DNA of 64,000 nucleotides from Vallitaleaceae bacterium (GCA_963677885.1 OY782500.1:5098136-5162135), one strand, 5' to 3'; positions 12,371 through 23,029 are shown, counted from the stretch's first letter. Notes: a model not told the origin generated them from the sequence alone. Numbers and translations are program-made.

Positions 12371-13666
12371 ATGGATAAGATACATATTGGATTATTAGGA
12401 CTGGGAACAATTGGTTCCGGCGTTTATAGACTGCTTCTTGAGCATGAGGAAGAACTTGAGTTTCAATTGGGAAGTCAGATAGTTATAGAAAAAATTCTGG
12501 TTAGTGATATCAAGAAAAAGAGACAGGTGGATGGTCATGACATACCCCAAAGTCTTTTGACCAGTGACCCGGAAGAAATTTTCTCGGATCCTAAGATTCA
12601 AATTGTTATCGAAGTCATTGGTGGTGAAAACTATGCTACTGAACTGATGACCAAAGCTTTAGAGTCAGGGAAAAGTGTTGTAACAGCCAATAAGGACGTG
12701 ATTGCCACCCAAGGAGTATTTCTCAGTGAGCTGGCAGCCAAAAATCACTGCGATATATATTATGAGGCCAGTGTAGGCGGTGGGATTCCCATTATTCGCG
12801 GTCTGACCGAAGGCCTTGCCTCAGATAAGATTACCCGGATCATGGGTATCGTTAATGGAACCACCAACTATATACTGACTAAGATGTCCAAAGAGAAAAT
12901 GTCCTATGAGGATGCCTTGGCCAAAGCTCAGGCTCTTGGTTTCGCTGAACCGGACCCGACCTCTGATGTGGAGGGCTTGGATGCCGCCAGGAAAATGGTT
13001 ATACTGTCCTCACTAGGATTTTCCATGCCAACAACCTTGGCAGATGTATATACTAGAGGTATATCTAAAATTGACCAAAGTGACATCGAATTTGCAGGTG
13101 ACCTTGGATTTGCCATGAAACTTATTGGATATGCTGATATTGAAGAGGGTCAAGTGGAAATCAGTGTCCAACCGACCTTGCTCCCTTACGAACACCCTCT
13201 GGCTTCTGTTCATAATGAAAACAATGCTGTTTATCTCTATGGAGCAGCAGTTGGAGAAACTATGTTCTATGGTCCTGGTGCAGGTGCTATGCCAACGGCT
13301 ACAGCTATAGTTTCTGACCTGATTACCGTAGTGAAGCGCCTAAAACTTGGAGTCTCAGGTAAGCATATGATCAATTTCAAGAATAAAAGAACAATTAAAG
13401 GCGATGATAAGATCAAGGCCAAATTCTACTTAAGACTTAATGTAAAAGACCAGGTTGGGGTCCTTAAAGATATTACAACTGTCTTTGCTGAAGAGTCCTT
13501 AAGCTTTGAATCGGTCTTACAGAAACCGGCCAAAGATCCGGGAGATGCACGTCTTGTCATTATTACCCATAAGGTTGTTTTAGGGTCCTATGTTAAGGCC
13601 TTGAGGCGATTGAAAGAGCTTGATACGGTTAATGGAATTGAGTCTTCTTTTAGAGTTGTTGGGTGA
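12371..13666 (+). CDS. hom: homoserine dehydrogenase (C-terminal ACT domain)
   Basis: IGLLGLGTIGSGV NAD-binding N-terminus, homoserine dehydrogenase catalytic domain and C-terminal ACT. Start set at ATG 12371 (RBS GGAGG 5 nt upstream) rather than 12359. Confidence 0.9.
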   Translation: MDKIHIGLLGLGTIGSGVYRLLLEHEEELEFQLGSQIVIEKILVSDIKKKRQVDGHDIPQSLLTSDPEEIFSDPKIQIVIEVIGGENYATELMTKALESGKSVVTANKDVIATQGVFLSELAAKNHCDIYYEASVGGGIPIIRGLTEGLASDKITRIMGIVNGTTNYILTKMSKEKMSYEDALAKAQALGFAEPDPTSDVEGLDAARKMVILSSLGFSMPTTLADVYTRGISKIDQSDIEFAGDLGFAMKLIGYADIEEGQVEISVQPTLLPYEHPLASVHNENNAVYLYGAAVGETMFYGPGAGAMPTATAIVSDLITVVKRLKLGVSGKHMINFKNKRTIKGDDKIKAKFYLRLNVKDQVGVLKDITTVFAEESLSFESVLQKPAKDPGDARLVIITHKVVLGSYVKALRRLKELDTVNGIESSFRVVG

Positions 13667-13719
13667 TGGTGTTTGGAGAGTTATGTAGTATGAATTAAGA
13701 AGGAATATGTTTATATAGG

Positions 13720-13866
13720 GACGGCAGGCAGGCTGCATATCCTATCTCGCGGGCAGGTGCCCCACGAATGCGATGAGATCATCTCTAAAGAGATGATGTT
13801 TGACGCATTCGTGACTCAAAAGCCCACGAGACAGGACAAGCAACCCACCTGCCTGTTGTTATATAA
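13720..13866 (-). repeat. GC-rich hairpin repeat element, copy 4 (minus orientation, diverged)
   Basis: The minus strand reads GGGCTTTTGAGTCACGAATGCG ... CATTCGTGGGGCACCTGCCCG, matching the family core. It holds an internal palindrome, CACGAATGCG...CGCATTCGTG. It lies about 50 nt after the hom stop. Confidence 0.5.
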
Positions 13867-14021
13867 AGATATATTTATTAAAAGCATAAGTCATAAAAGA
13901 TAAATACCACCAACCCGAGCTGTGGCTTTGTTGGGCGGGGAGGGTATTGGTTTGATGTTGGTTGAATCGCTGGGTAATATTTAGAAGTATGATTTGTAGG
14001 TAAATATCTGAATAACAAAAA

Positions 14022-14052
14022 AAGCCTCCAGAGCGAGGAGGCTTCAAGACAT
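14022..14052 (-). terminator. intrinsic terminator (mainly for the minus-strand EAL-HDOD transcript; A-run on the other side makes it possibly bidirectional)
   Basis: GCCTCCAGAGCGAGGAGGC hairpin with a T-run on the minus strand and an A-run on the plus strand. Confidence 0.6.
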
Positions 14053-14085
14053 ACTTATTGAATTTTATCTGAGAAACCGGGCGTA

Positions 14086-14257
14086 GACTCCGATTTGTAA
14101 TACACAAGGTGTGGGCTTAGGGTCTTGCTGGCTGGGCTTTGATGCACGAATGTGTTAAGGTTTATCTCATTTGAGTAAACATGAGTCACATTTGGGCATC
14201 ACTCGCCCTGCCAGTAAGAGCCCTAGGCCCGCACCTGTCCCCATTACAAATCGGAAT
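14086..14257 (+). repeat. GC-rich hairpin repeat element, copy 2; its 3' arm overlaps the stop codon of the EAL-HDOD gene
   Basis: Core GGGCTTTGATGCACGAATGTG ... CATTTGGGCATCACTCGCCCTG. Stem GGTGTGGGCTTAGGGTCTTGCTGG pairs with CCAGTAAGAGCCCTAGGCCCGCACC. An outer perfect 11-bp inverted repeat, CGATTTGTAAT/ATTACAAATCG, contains the TAA (revcomp TTA at 14244-14246) of the convergent gene. Confidence 0.6.
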
Positions 14258-15470
14258 TCAAAAATTCATAGAGCTGATTAGCCCAATCCACAGCACCAAT
14301 ATATAGATCAGGAAAAAAAGCAAAGTCCAGGTTAATAGATTTGGCGTATTTTTCGGCTTGATCAAAGTCGCCTTGCTCATAGGCCAAGGCAAGACGAAAG
14401 ACGTTGCTGTAGATGGTTTCTCTGAGTAGGAGTGTATCTTTTATATGTTTGGTAACCGGCAGTTCTGCCAGTGCATCTTCCATTGAGACTTCAAGAAGGG
14501 CATCTATAACCGATAGTAGACCTGTAAGTCTGAGTTCATGTATATGTTGGGAGAAGGCGCTTTTCATAGCGATATTTTCCAGAAATTTCATTCGTTGCAT
14601 AGCAAGGCGCAGTATTTCACTGGGCTTGTCATTGGTCAGTTGATGGATAGTGGCCAGGGTGAACCACTGACTGAAGGCCTCAATACCTAGGATAGAAAGA
14701 CAGTGCTTGATGGAGCTGACATTGTCCACCAGGGAAAATGAGGAATTGACCAGTTTCAGGAGTTTATAGGTTAAGGAAACTTCTGATTCGATGATTTCTG
14801 TTATTTTTTTGTATTTTGGTTCCGGTTCATCCAGTTCTTTCATGATTTCCACATAGTGATAGGCGGCGCCTGATAGACGTTTCTTTTTAACGATCGTTGG
14901 TTTGGCGAAGAAGTAGCCTTGGAAAAATTCAAAGCCGATTCGTTTGGCCCATTCGAATTCTTCTTTTGTTTCGACCTTTTCGGCCAGGAGAATTTTATTC
15001 ATGTCTTTAAGTTCAACACAGATCCGTCGTATATCCATATCAGTATTGGCTCTGAAATCAACTTTGACGATATCAGCCAATTCTAGGATTTCCTTATGGG
15101 GATAGCCGGAGATATAGTCATCTAAGGCAATAATATAGCCGTCTCGTTTGTATTCTTTAATTTTGGTAAGAAGTTCTTTCGTAGGAACGACTGATTCCAG
15201 AAGCTCGATGACCACCTTGTCCTTATTAAGAAGCCTTGGAACATCATCTAAAATCAGCAAAGGGCCGAAGTTAACAAAGGCCTTCTTCTCCTGGGTCAGG
15301 TGATTAAGACCGAATGATAGGTATGAGTTTAACAAAAGTATGGATGTTGCTACAGAATCCCGAAGACTGGCATCATAGAAATTCTTTTCGTTGCTTCGGT
15401 AAAGTAGCTCATATGCGATAACTTCATGAGTACTATCGAAAATTGGCTGTCTGGCGACGTAAACGTTCAT
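14244..15470 (-). CDS. EAL domain (c-di-GMP phosphodiesterase-like) plus HDOD domain protein
   Basis: N-terminal EAL-type fold (QPIFDSTHEVIAYELLYR) and C-terminal HDOD-like region, 408 aa. The last three codons and the stop lie inside repeat copy 2. Confidence 0.75.
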   Translation of the reverse strand: MNVYVARQPIFDSTHEVIAYELLYRSNEKNFYDASLRDSVATSILLLNSYLSFGLNHLTQEKKAFVNFGPLLILDDVPRLLNKDKVVIELLESVVPTKELLTKIKEYKRDGYIIALDDYISGYPHKEILELADIVKVDFRANTDMDIRRICVELKDMNKILLAEKVETKEEFEWAKRIGFEFFQGYFFAKPTIVKKKRLSGAAYHYVEIMKELDEPEPKYKKITEIIESEVSLTYKLLKLVNSSFSLVDNVSSIKHCLSILGIEAFSQWFTLATIHQLTNDKPSEILRLAMQRMKFLENIAMKSAFSQHIHELRLTGLLSVIDALLEVSMEDALAELPVTKHIKDTLLLRETIYSNVFRLALAYEQGDFDQAEKYAKSINLDFAFFPDLYIGAVDWANQLYEFLNSDL

Positions 15471-15583
15471 ATTAAAACCTCCTATACCTTATTATACATG
15501 GCATAGAAGGTTTATTCAACGAAAATGATTATTAACTGGAATAGAAAATAGGACCTAAGACCTATAAAAATTTGTGCATCATG

Positions 15584-16015
15584 CTAGTGGCCTGTCTTCA
15601 AATTTTTAACTAGAATCAGGAAGGTGTAGACACTTAACATGGCCAAAGCAATAGCGCCTGCAATAAAAAGTGTTTCTGATAAATAGGTGGAAAACATGTC
15701 CATGTCATCTTCAATAAAGTAAAAAGCTGTTCTATACATCCCTGCGCCAGGTACTAAGGGGATGATACCTGAAATTTGATAGGTAGTCACCGGATTCTTT
15801 CTGTAAATAGCCAGTAGGTTGGAAAGTATACTAACCACAAGGGCTGCCAGTAAGCTGGCTGCAATTTTTGAATCAATAGCACTTTGACTGATCAGGAACA
15901 TGGCCCAGCCACCGGCGCCAACGATACCGCAGTATATTAATTCCTTTTTGTTGACTTGGAACAATATGGAAAAAAACAAGGTAGCAAAAAATGCTGATCC
16001 GATTTGTATAAACAT
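15584..16015 (-). CDS. threonine/serine exporter family protein, small subunit (ThrE C-terminal-half homolog)
   Basis: 143-aa polytopic membrane protein immediately downstream of, and co-oriented with, the larger ThrE-family gene. Confidence 0.65.
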   Translation of the reverse strand: MFIQIGSAFFATLFFSILFQVNKKELIYCGIVGAGGWAMFLISQSAIDSKIAASLLAALVVSILSNLLAIYRKNPVTTYQISGIIPLVPGAGMYRTAFYFIEDDMDMFSTYLSETLFIAGAIALAMLSVYTFLILVKNLKTGH

Positions 16016-16073
16016 ATATATAGCAGGAAAAACCTGTCCTCCTTCAATTATTTTCTCTAGTATCCTGTAAGTA

Positions 16074-16826
16074 TTAACCTAATATCAACAAGGCAAAACC
16101 AACACCAACAGCGATTGAAATGGCGATGATAAAAGCATCTGCAATACGGGCCACACCTGATATAAGTTCACCGTGGAGAATATCTCTAATCCCGTTGGTA
16201 ATAGCAACTCCGGGTACCATAGGCATGATGGAGGATATGACAACCAAGTCGTAATTACAGGGATAACCGACAACGTTGATAAGAAAGAAGGGTATCACAC
16301 CTGCCAGGAAACCACCCGTTAGGTCAATGAAGAATTTGGATGTTCCTGTATAAAGCAGGAATATTTCCAAAAGGGCAAAAATAACACCTGCCATAAGGGC
16401 TGCGAAAAAGTCAATGGAGTTACCACCAAACACCAGGGCAAAAAAAGCTGAAGATAAACCGGTTGCCACAATCCTCATATAGGATTGGTAGTCAGGTTGA
16501 GCTTTTTCCTGCTCTATGGCATACATAGCTGCTTCCAAGGACATGTCTCCATTGCAGAAGCTTCGTGAGATATGATTGGCACCGGCTATTTTACTTAGGT
16601 TGATGGTTCGGCCCTTGATTCGCCGGACATATGTCAGACAATCAATATCAATATGATCTAAAGTGGCAAAAATGCCAGTAGGAGTTACGAAAGCTTCAGC
16701 TGTTTGACAATTACTGGTGTTAAGTATTCGGCTGATTGTGTCTTCCACCCTAAAAGTTTCGGCGCCGTTCTCCAACATGATTTCGCCGGTTTCCAACGCA
16801 AAATTCATTAATAACTTGTAATTCAT
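16074..16826 (-). CDS. threonine/serine exporter family protein (ThrE N-terminal-half homolog)
   Basis: 250 aa with a soluble N-domain followed by 5 TM helices, the typical two-gene ThrE arrangement. Confidence 0.7.
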   Translation of the reverse strand: MNYKLLMNFALETGEIMLENGAETFRVEDTISRILNTSNCQTAEAFVTPTGIFATLDHIDIDCLTYVRRIKGRTINLSKIAGANHISRSFCNGDMSLEAAMYAIEQEKAQPDYQSYMRIVATGLSSAFFALVFGGNSIDFFAALMAGVIFALLEIFLLYTGTSKFFIDLTGGFLAGVIPFFLINVVGYPCNYDLVVISSIMPMVPGVAITNGIRDILHGELISGVARIADAFIIAISIAVGVGFALLILG

Positions 16827-17053
16827 AATGTCTCCTTTTATCTATGTCTATTGTATAACAGAGGAGAAAAAAGTCAACTATGGAATCTGCCTAAAAATAG
16901 ATAAGCTGAGCTTATGTTCCTTATGCCTTATAGTTATAACTACATAGGGTATGCATGTTTCTTTTTTTGCAAGTCTATGCTATAATACTTTCAGCAATGT
17001 GAATTGTAAATTAAATGTAGCATTTGTTAATCTTGCTATAACGGAGGTAGAAA

Positions 17054-18289
17054 ATGTATTCTTTTGACGAAGTCAAGCAATTTGATCCAGAATTGGCGGT
17101 TGCTATTGACTCTGAAATCAATCGTCAGCGAACTAATATTGAGCTGATTGCATCAGAAAACTTTGTATCTAAAGCAGTCATGGCTGCTATGGGAAGTCCT
17201 TTAACCAATAAATATGCAGAAGGCTATCCAGGGAGAAGATATTATGGCGGTTGTGAAAAAGTAGATATCGCCGAAGATTTGGCCAGAGACAGAGCGAAAG
17301 AAATTTTTGGTGCTGATCACGCAAATGTACAACCACACTCAGGTGCCCAGGCTAACATGGCTGTATGCCTTGCAGTCCTTAAACCTGGTGATAAAATAAT
17401 GGGAATGAACCTGTCCCATGGTGGTCACTTAACCCATGGTAGCCCAGTTAACTTTAGTGGTTTGACATATGAAATCGTTCCTTATGGCGTTAATAAAGAA
17501 GGGTACATTGATTACGAAGAGTTAATGACTATTGCACTTGAAGAAAAGCCAAAGCTGATTATTGCTGGTGCAAGTGCTTATGCCCGTACAATAGATTTTG
17601 CAAAATTCAGAGAAGTAGCCGATGCAGTGGGAGCTTACCTTATGGTGGATATGGCCCACATAGCCGGACTTATTGCAGCTGGTTTGCATCCAAACCCAGT
17701 TCCTTATTCTGATTTTGTAACAACTACTACTCACAAGACCCTTAGAGGCCCTCGTGGCGGTATGATTCTCTGTAAAGCAGAACATGCCAAAAAAATCGAC
17801 AAAGCGGTTTTCCCTGGAACTCAAGGTGGACCACTTATGCATATTATCGCAGCTAAGGCGGTTAATTTCAAAGAAGTGCTTAGTGATGAATTTAAAAGCT
17901 ACCAACAGCAAGTCATCAATAATGCACAAGCTTTGGCAGAAGCCCTTCAGAAACGTGGTATAGACATCGTATCCGGCGGTACTGACAACCACTTAATGCT
18001 TCTGGATCTTAGAAGCCTAAATCTTACCGGTAAAGTTGCAGAGAAACTTCTAGATGAGGTTCATGTAACCTGTAACAAGAATACCATTCCTTTTGACCCT
18101 GAAAGTCCTTTTGTAACAAGCGGTATCCGTTTAGGAACACCTGCTGTAACAACAAGAGGTATGGTCGAAGCAGACATGGATACAATCGCTGAGATTATTC
18201 ACCTGGCTTTAACTGACTTTGACAATAACAAAGAAAAAGCTATTGCCATGGTTGAGGAACTGGTTGCAAAATATCCTTTATACGCTTAA
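17054..18289 (+). CDS. glyA: serine hydroxymethyltransferase
   Basis: 411 aa with the SHMT PLP motif [14 protein letters not shown]. The upstream promoter has an extended -10, TGCTATAAT. Confidence 0.95.
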   Translation: MYSFDEVKQFDPELAVAIDSEINRQRTNIELIASENFVSKAVMAAMGSPLTNKYAEGYPGRRYYGGCEKVDIAEDLARDRAKEIFGADHANVQPHSGAQANMAVCLAVLKPGDKIMGMNLSHGGHLTHGSPVNFSGLTYEIVPYGVNKEGYIDYEELMTIALEEKPKLIIAGASAYARTIDFAKFREVADAVGAYLMVDMAHIAGLIAAGLHPNPVPYSDFVTTTTHKTLRGPRGGMILCKAEHAKKIDKAVFPGTQGGPLMHIIAAKAVNFKEVLSDEFKSYQQQVINNAQALAEALQKRGIDIVSGGTDNHLMLLDLRSLNLTGKVAEKLLDEVHVTCNKNTIPFDPESPFVTSGIRLGTPAVTTRGMVEADMDTIAEIIHLALTDFDNNKEKAIAMVEELVAKYPLYA

Positions 18290-18294
18290 TACTT

Positions 18295-18325
18295 AAGTCT
18301 GTCAGTTTACTGGCAGACTTTTTCA
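18295..18325 (+). terminator. intrinsic terminator after glyA
   Basis: AAGTCTGTCAGTTTACTGGCAGACTT hairpin plus TTTTC. Confidence 0.6.
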
Positions 18326-18462
18326 TTATCAAACCTGTCACCTTTGTAGGTGACAAATTTCTTGAACAAATGATGCCTAGAGCCCTGCTTACCGGGACGG
18401 GAAAGACCAGGGTGTGATATAATACTCTTGACACGTCAATTGAATAACTATGGGGGTAGTTT

Positions 18463-20436
18463 ATGATTGAGAAAACTATATTAGATAATCTTAAGTATTT
18501 GGAACTCTTAAGCAAACAATTTCCAACTATTCACGAAGCTTCTACGGAAATCATTAACCTGGAGGCTATTCTTAACCTTCCAAAAGGTACCGAACATTTT
18601 CTGTCTGATGTTCATGGTGAAGATGAGGCTTTTCTGCACATTGTCAAAAGTGGATCCGGTATCGTTAGAAAGAAAATCGATGATGTCTTCGGAGCCACCA
18701 TTACCAATGCAGAAAAAAGAAAACTGGCAACCCTCATCTATTATCCCAAGGAAGTCCTTAACCGGGTAGGCAAAAAACTAAATGTAGATGAGGAAGAGGA
18801 GAAAGACTGGTATGAGGTGACTCTACACCGGCTTATACTTGTCCTCAGAGAAGTATCCTCCAAATATACCAGGTCCAAAGTTCGTAAGGCCTTGCCAGGA
18901 GAATTTGAATACATTATTGAAGAACTTCTCCATCAGAGAGATAAGGATCCTGATAAAGACCATTACTACAATCAGGTCATATCATCCATTATTGAGATTC
19001 GAAGAGCCAATCCTTTTATCATTGCCATTAGCGAGGTTATCCAGCAGCTGGCTGTTGACCATCTCCACTTGATTGGTGATATCTATGACAGAGGACCTAA
19101 TCCGGATAAAATCATGGACAAGTTAATGGATTACCATTCCCTGGATATTCAGTGGGGGAATCACGACGTGGTCTGGATGGGAGCGGCAGCAGGTTCTGAA
19201 ATCTGTATTTTGAATGTCATTCGAATCTGTGCCAGATATGGTCAGTTGGATATACTGGAAGAAAACTACGGTATTAATCTTTTGTCCATCGCAAGATTTG
19301 CGATGGATCATTATAAAAATATTGAGAAACAGTTTTATCCAAAAACCGATCATTTGATGAGTGATGAAAGCCTCTTGCATGCCCAGATAAACAAGGCCGT
19401 CTCTCTTATGCTCTTTAAAATGGAAGAGGTGGTTTCCGACCGTAATCCTATTTTTCATTTGTCCGATAGGAAGATGTTGTCAAAAGTGGATTTTGTTACT
19501 AACTCGGTTGAAATCAATGGGGTTCAACACCGCCTGATGATTAATGACTGGGGAACGGTCTTTAAGGAGAGGCCGACTCAATTGACTGATGAGGAAAATC
19601 AGGTGATTACCAAGCTTCAGTATTCCTTCCTCAACAATGTCAGACTCCAACAGCATGTTGCCTTTCTTTTTGAGAAGGGTAGTATATACAAGGCATATAA
19701 CGGAAACCTTTTATATCATGGGTGTATCCCCCTCAATGAAGATGGGTCCTACACGGAATTGCCATTTGAAGGTGAACTTTATTCCGGTAAAGCCTTATTG
19801 GATTATTATGAACAGCGTATCCGGCAGATTTACGCCAAGCGGGAATCCATTACAGAGGAAAAGGAAAGAGACTTCTTCTGGTTCCTATGGTCGGGTGCCA
19901 ATTCGTCCTTGTTTGGCAAGACGGCTATGAAAACCTTTGAAAGACTTTTAATCGGTGATAAGGATACCCATGTGGAAGGAAAGAATCCTTATTACAAGTA
20001 TATTTTACAGGAAGATGTCTGTAAGAAAATATTAAAGGACTTCAATCTTAACCCGGATCATGGCAGAATTATCAATGGACATGTACCGGTAAAGGTCAAA
20101 AAAGGCGAGAAACCCGTAAAGTCCGGAGGCCGTTTAATCGTCATTGATGGAGGCCTTTCAAAGGCTTACCAGGATGTGACCGGTATTGCAGGATATACCT
20201 TTATCTTTAATTCCCATGGTATGCTCCTTGCAGCCCATGAGCCCTTTACCTCTGCCGATGATGCCATCAGCAACAATGTGGATATGATTTCAGAACTGTC
20301 CATTGTTGAACATGCAAGCTCAAGAATTTTAGTCGGAGATACGGATATCGGTAGAAAGCTTGCAAGAGATATTGAAGACCTAAAACTCCTTGTAAGTGCC
20401 TACAGATTAGGATTTATTAAAACTTTATTATATTAG
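18463..20436 (+). CDS. fbp: fructose-1,6-bisphosphatase class 3
   Basis: 657 aa. The N-terminus MIEKTILDNLKYLELLSKQFP and the metallophosphatase core (GDIYDRGP, GNHD) are typical of Firmicutes class III FBPase. Confidence 0.9.
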   Translation: MIEKTILDNLKYLELLSKQFPTIHEASTEIINLEAILNLPKGTEHFLSDVHGEDEAFLHIVKSGSGIVRKKIDDVFGATITNAEKRKLATLIYYPKEVLNRVGKKLNVDEEEEKDWYEVTLHRLILVLREVSSKYTRSKVRKALPGEFEYIIEELLHQRDKDPDKDHYYNQVISSIIEIRRANPFIIAISEVIQQLAVDHLHLIGDIYDRGPNPDKIMDKLMDYHSLDIQWGNHDVVWMGAAAGSEICILNVIRICARYGQLDILEENYGINLLSIARFAMDHYKNIEKQFYPKTDHLMSDESLLHAQINKAVSLMLFKMEEVVSDRNPIFHLSDRKMLSKVDFVTNSVEINGVQHRLMINDWGTVFKERPTQLTDEENQVITKLQYSFLNNVRLQQHVAFLFEKGSIYKAYNGNLLYHGCIPLNEDGSYTELPFEGELYSGKALLDYYEQRIRQIYAKRESITEEKERDFFWFLWSGANSSLFGKTAMKTFERLLIGDKDTHVEGKNPYYKYILQEDVCKKILKDFNLNPDHGRIINGHVPVKVKKGEKPVKSGGRLIVIDGGLSKAYQDVTGIAGYTFIFNSHGMLLAAHEPFTSADDAISNNVDMISELSIVEHASSRILVGDTDIGRKLARDIEDLKLLVSAYRLGFIKTLLY

Positions 20437-20541
20437 GACCAAATAGTGGACAAGGACCCTCCTGTATGGTAATTTAGGTATACATTAAGGTTAAAATTTT
20501 ATTGCCAGAAATGGCTTGTATATAGGAAAGAGGTCGTTTTT

Positions 20542-22917
20542 ATGAAATGTTCGGTTTGCCACGAGAACACAGCTGTTGTTTTTGTGACTAAGATGGTTGA
20601 CAACAAGCCTGAGCGCATGGGACTATGTCTCCCGTGTGCCAGTAAACAGGGACTAAGCCCCTTGGATCAGATGATGCAGCAGAGCGGCATGAACCCTGGT
20701 GATTTTGAGAATATTAACAAGCAGATGATGGAGATGTTCGAAGATCCGTCTATTAGTGATTCTATTAATCAGTTTATGGAACAAATGTCAGGCGGAAGCC
20801 CGGTGTTTGGAGCCTTTGCAGGTCATGAACCTGAAGATGCCACCTTTGACCAAGAGGACGAAGACAGTGAAGAAATGTCTAAGATACCGGATGAAAAAAT
20901 TCCTGGTACAGAGGATGATGACAAGAAAATAGACAAGGAAAATCCTTTTAGTCAATTATTTGGCGGCAAACAGACTAAGGTTAAGCCAAAACCTTCCAAG
21001 AACAAGCGAAAGAACCTGGATACTTTTGGTATAAATCTTAGCGACAAAGCTAAAAACGGTGAAGTAGACAGGATTATTGGACGCCACAGAGAAATTGACA
21101 GGGTTATCCAAATCCTCAACCGCCGACAAAAAAACAATCCGGTTCTTATTGGTGAGCCTGGTGTTGGTAAAACGGCAATAGCCGAAGGTTTAGCTGTCAG
21201 AATTTATGAAGGTCAGGTTCCTGTCAAACTTCTGGATGCGGAAGTCTATCTTCTTGATTTGACAGCCCTTGTTGCCGGAACCCAGTTTAGGGGACAGTTT
21301 GAAGGACGGATGAAGGGCATTATCAATGAAGCCAAGTCCAGTGGTAATATTATACTGGTAATTGATGAAGTCCATAACATAGCCGGTGCCGGTGAAGCTG
21401 AAAGTGGGGCAATGAACGCAGCTAATATCTTAAAGCCTGCCCTTGCAAGAGGAGATGTTCAGATTATTGGTGCCACAACCCTGGATGAGTACCGTAAACA
21501 TATTGAGAAAGACTCGGCTCTGGAAAGACGCTTCCAACCGGTTCTTGTTGACGAGCCAAGTGTGGAGGAATCCATTGAAATCATCAAAGGCATCAAAGAC
21601 TACTATGAAGACTATCACAGGGTCATTATTTCTGATGATATCATTGCATTGGCTGTCAACATGAGTGAACGCTATATTCATGACCGTTTCCTGCCAGATA
21701 AGGCTATAGACGTTATTGATGAGGCCGGTTCAAGAGCCAATCTCAAAAATATGGGACTGGTTGAACTGGAAGCCCTTAGAAGTCAGTTGAGTAAAATCGT
21801 CGCTGAAAAAGAAGCAGCAGCAGCCATTGATGATTATGAAAAGGCGGCAGATTGCAGGGTTAGAGAGCTAAAGGTTACCGATAAGATCAAGAACCTGGAA
21901 ATTCAATGTGAAAATGTCCATATTAAGGAAGAAGACATTGCCTATGTCATCGAAGCCTGGACCAATATTCCGGTTCAATCCATTAAGGAAGATGAAAAAG
22001 AAAAACTGATCCAATTAGAAAGACGTCTGTCAAGACGGGTAAAAGGACAGGACCATGCTATTGAACTACTGGCCAAATCCATCCGTCGTAACCGGTCAGG
22101 ATTTAAGAAGAAGAATAAACCGTCATCCTTTATCTTCGTAGGACCTACTGGTGTAGGTAAGACCGAGCTCTCCAAAGCCTTAACTGAAATTCTCTTCGGT
22201 AACGAAGAAGCCATGATTCGTTTTGATATGAGTGAGTACATGGAAAAGCACACCGTATCCAAACTTATTGGAGCTCCTCCTGGATATGTGGGCTATGATC
22301 AGGCTGGACAGTTAACCGAACGGGTTCGAAGACGTCCCTATTCAGTAATCTTACTGGATGAAATCGAAAAAGCCCATCAAGACGTTTACAACCTTCTGCT
22401 TCAAATTCTGGAAGATGGAAGATTAACAGACAGTCAAGGCAGGGTAGTTAACTTTGAGAATACGGTGATCATTATGACTTCCAATGCTGGGACTACAACC
22501 AAGTCCAACAGCATCGGTTATAACAACGATACCAAAACAGCCGGCCAAAATCACGTCAAGGATGCCCTTAAACAATTCTTTAGACCGGAGTTCCTTAATC
22601 GGGTTGATGAAACTGTCATCTTTAACTCCTTAGACAGAGAAATTCTTCATGAGATCGTCGAAGTAATGCTTCGTGAAGTTATTCTTATGGGTAAGGAAAA
22701 GCACATGGATATTATGGTGGCGTCTGAAGTAAAGGACTACTTAGTCAATATAGGCTACGACGACAAATTCGGAGCCAGACCTCTTAGAAGGGCTATTGGA
22801 CGCTATATAGAAGATGAAATTGCTGAGCAGTATATTCATGGAACTATCCAGGACGGAGACAGGGTTGAGGTTTCTATGGATGGTGATAGGGTTTTTGTTT
22901 CTAAGATTGAGCAATAG
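20542..22917 (+). CDS. clpE: ATP-dependent Clp protease ATP-binding subunit, ClpE-like (N-terminal zinc ribbon, two AAA+ modules)
   Basis: N-terminal CxxC...CxxC zinc finger (MKCSVCHENTAVV...CLPCA). Two Walker A motifs (GEPGVGKTA, GPTGVGKTE) and a ClpB-D2-small C-terminus. Confidence 0.85.
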   Translation: MKCSVCHENTAVVFVTKMVDNKPERMGLCLPCASKQGLSPLDQMMQQSGMNPGDFENINKQMMEMFEDPSISDSINQFMEQMSGGSPVFGAFAGHEPEDATFDQEDEDSEEMSKIPDEKIPGTEDDDKKIDKENPFSQLFGGKQTKVKPKPSKNKRKNLDTFGINLSDKAKNGEVDRIIGRHREIDRVIQILNRRQKNNPVLIGEPGVGKTAIAEGLAVRIYEGQVPVKLLDAEVYLLDLTALVAGTQFRGQFEGRMKGIINEAKSSGNIILVIDEVHNIAGAGEAESGAMNAANILKPALARGDVQIIGATTLDEYRKHIEKDSALERRFQPVLVDEPSVEESIEIIKGIKDYYEDYHRVIISDDIIALAVNMSERYIHDRFLPDKAIDVIDEAGSRANLKNMGLVELEALRSQLSKIVAEKEAAAAIDDYEKAADCRVRELKVTDKIKNLEIQCENVHIKEEDIAYVIEAWTNIPVQSIKEDEKEKLIQLERRLSRRVKGQDHAIELLAKSIRRNRSGFKKKNKPSSFIFVGPTGVGKTELSKALTEILFGNEEAMIRFDMSEYMEKHTVSKLIGAPPGYVGYDQAGQLTERVRRRPYSVILLDEIEKAHQDVYNLLLQILEDGRLTDSQGRVVNFENTVIIMTSNAGTTTKSNSIGYNNDTKTAGQNHVKDALKQFFRPEFLNRVDETVIFNSLDREILHEIVEVMLREVILMGKEKHMDIMVASEVKDYLVNIGYDDKFGARPLRRAIGRYIEDEIAEQYIHGTIQDGDRVEVSMDGDRVFVSKIEQ

Positions 22918-22946
22918 ATTAGTAATTCAATACCATTTAATAAAAA

Positions 22947-22988
22947 TGCCTCTTGCACTAATTCTTTTTAGTGTAGGAGGCTTTTCAT
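22947..22988 (+). terminator. intrinsic terminator after clpE
   Basis: GCCTCTTGCACTA...TAGTGTAGGAGGC imperfect hairpin followed by TTTTCATT. Confidence 0.5.
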
Positions 22989-23029
22989 TATGTTTGGGTT
23001 ATTTATGGGAGTATCAAATTAGAGTTGAA

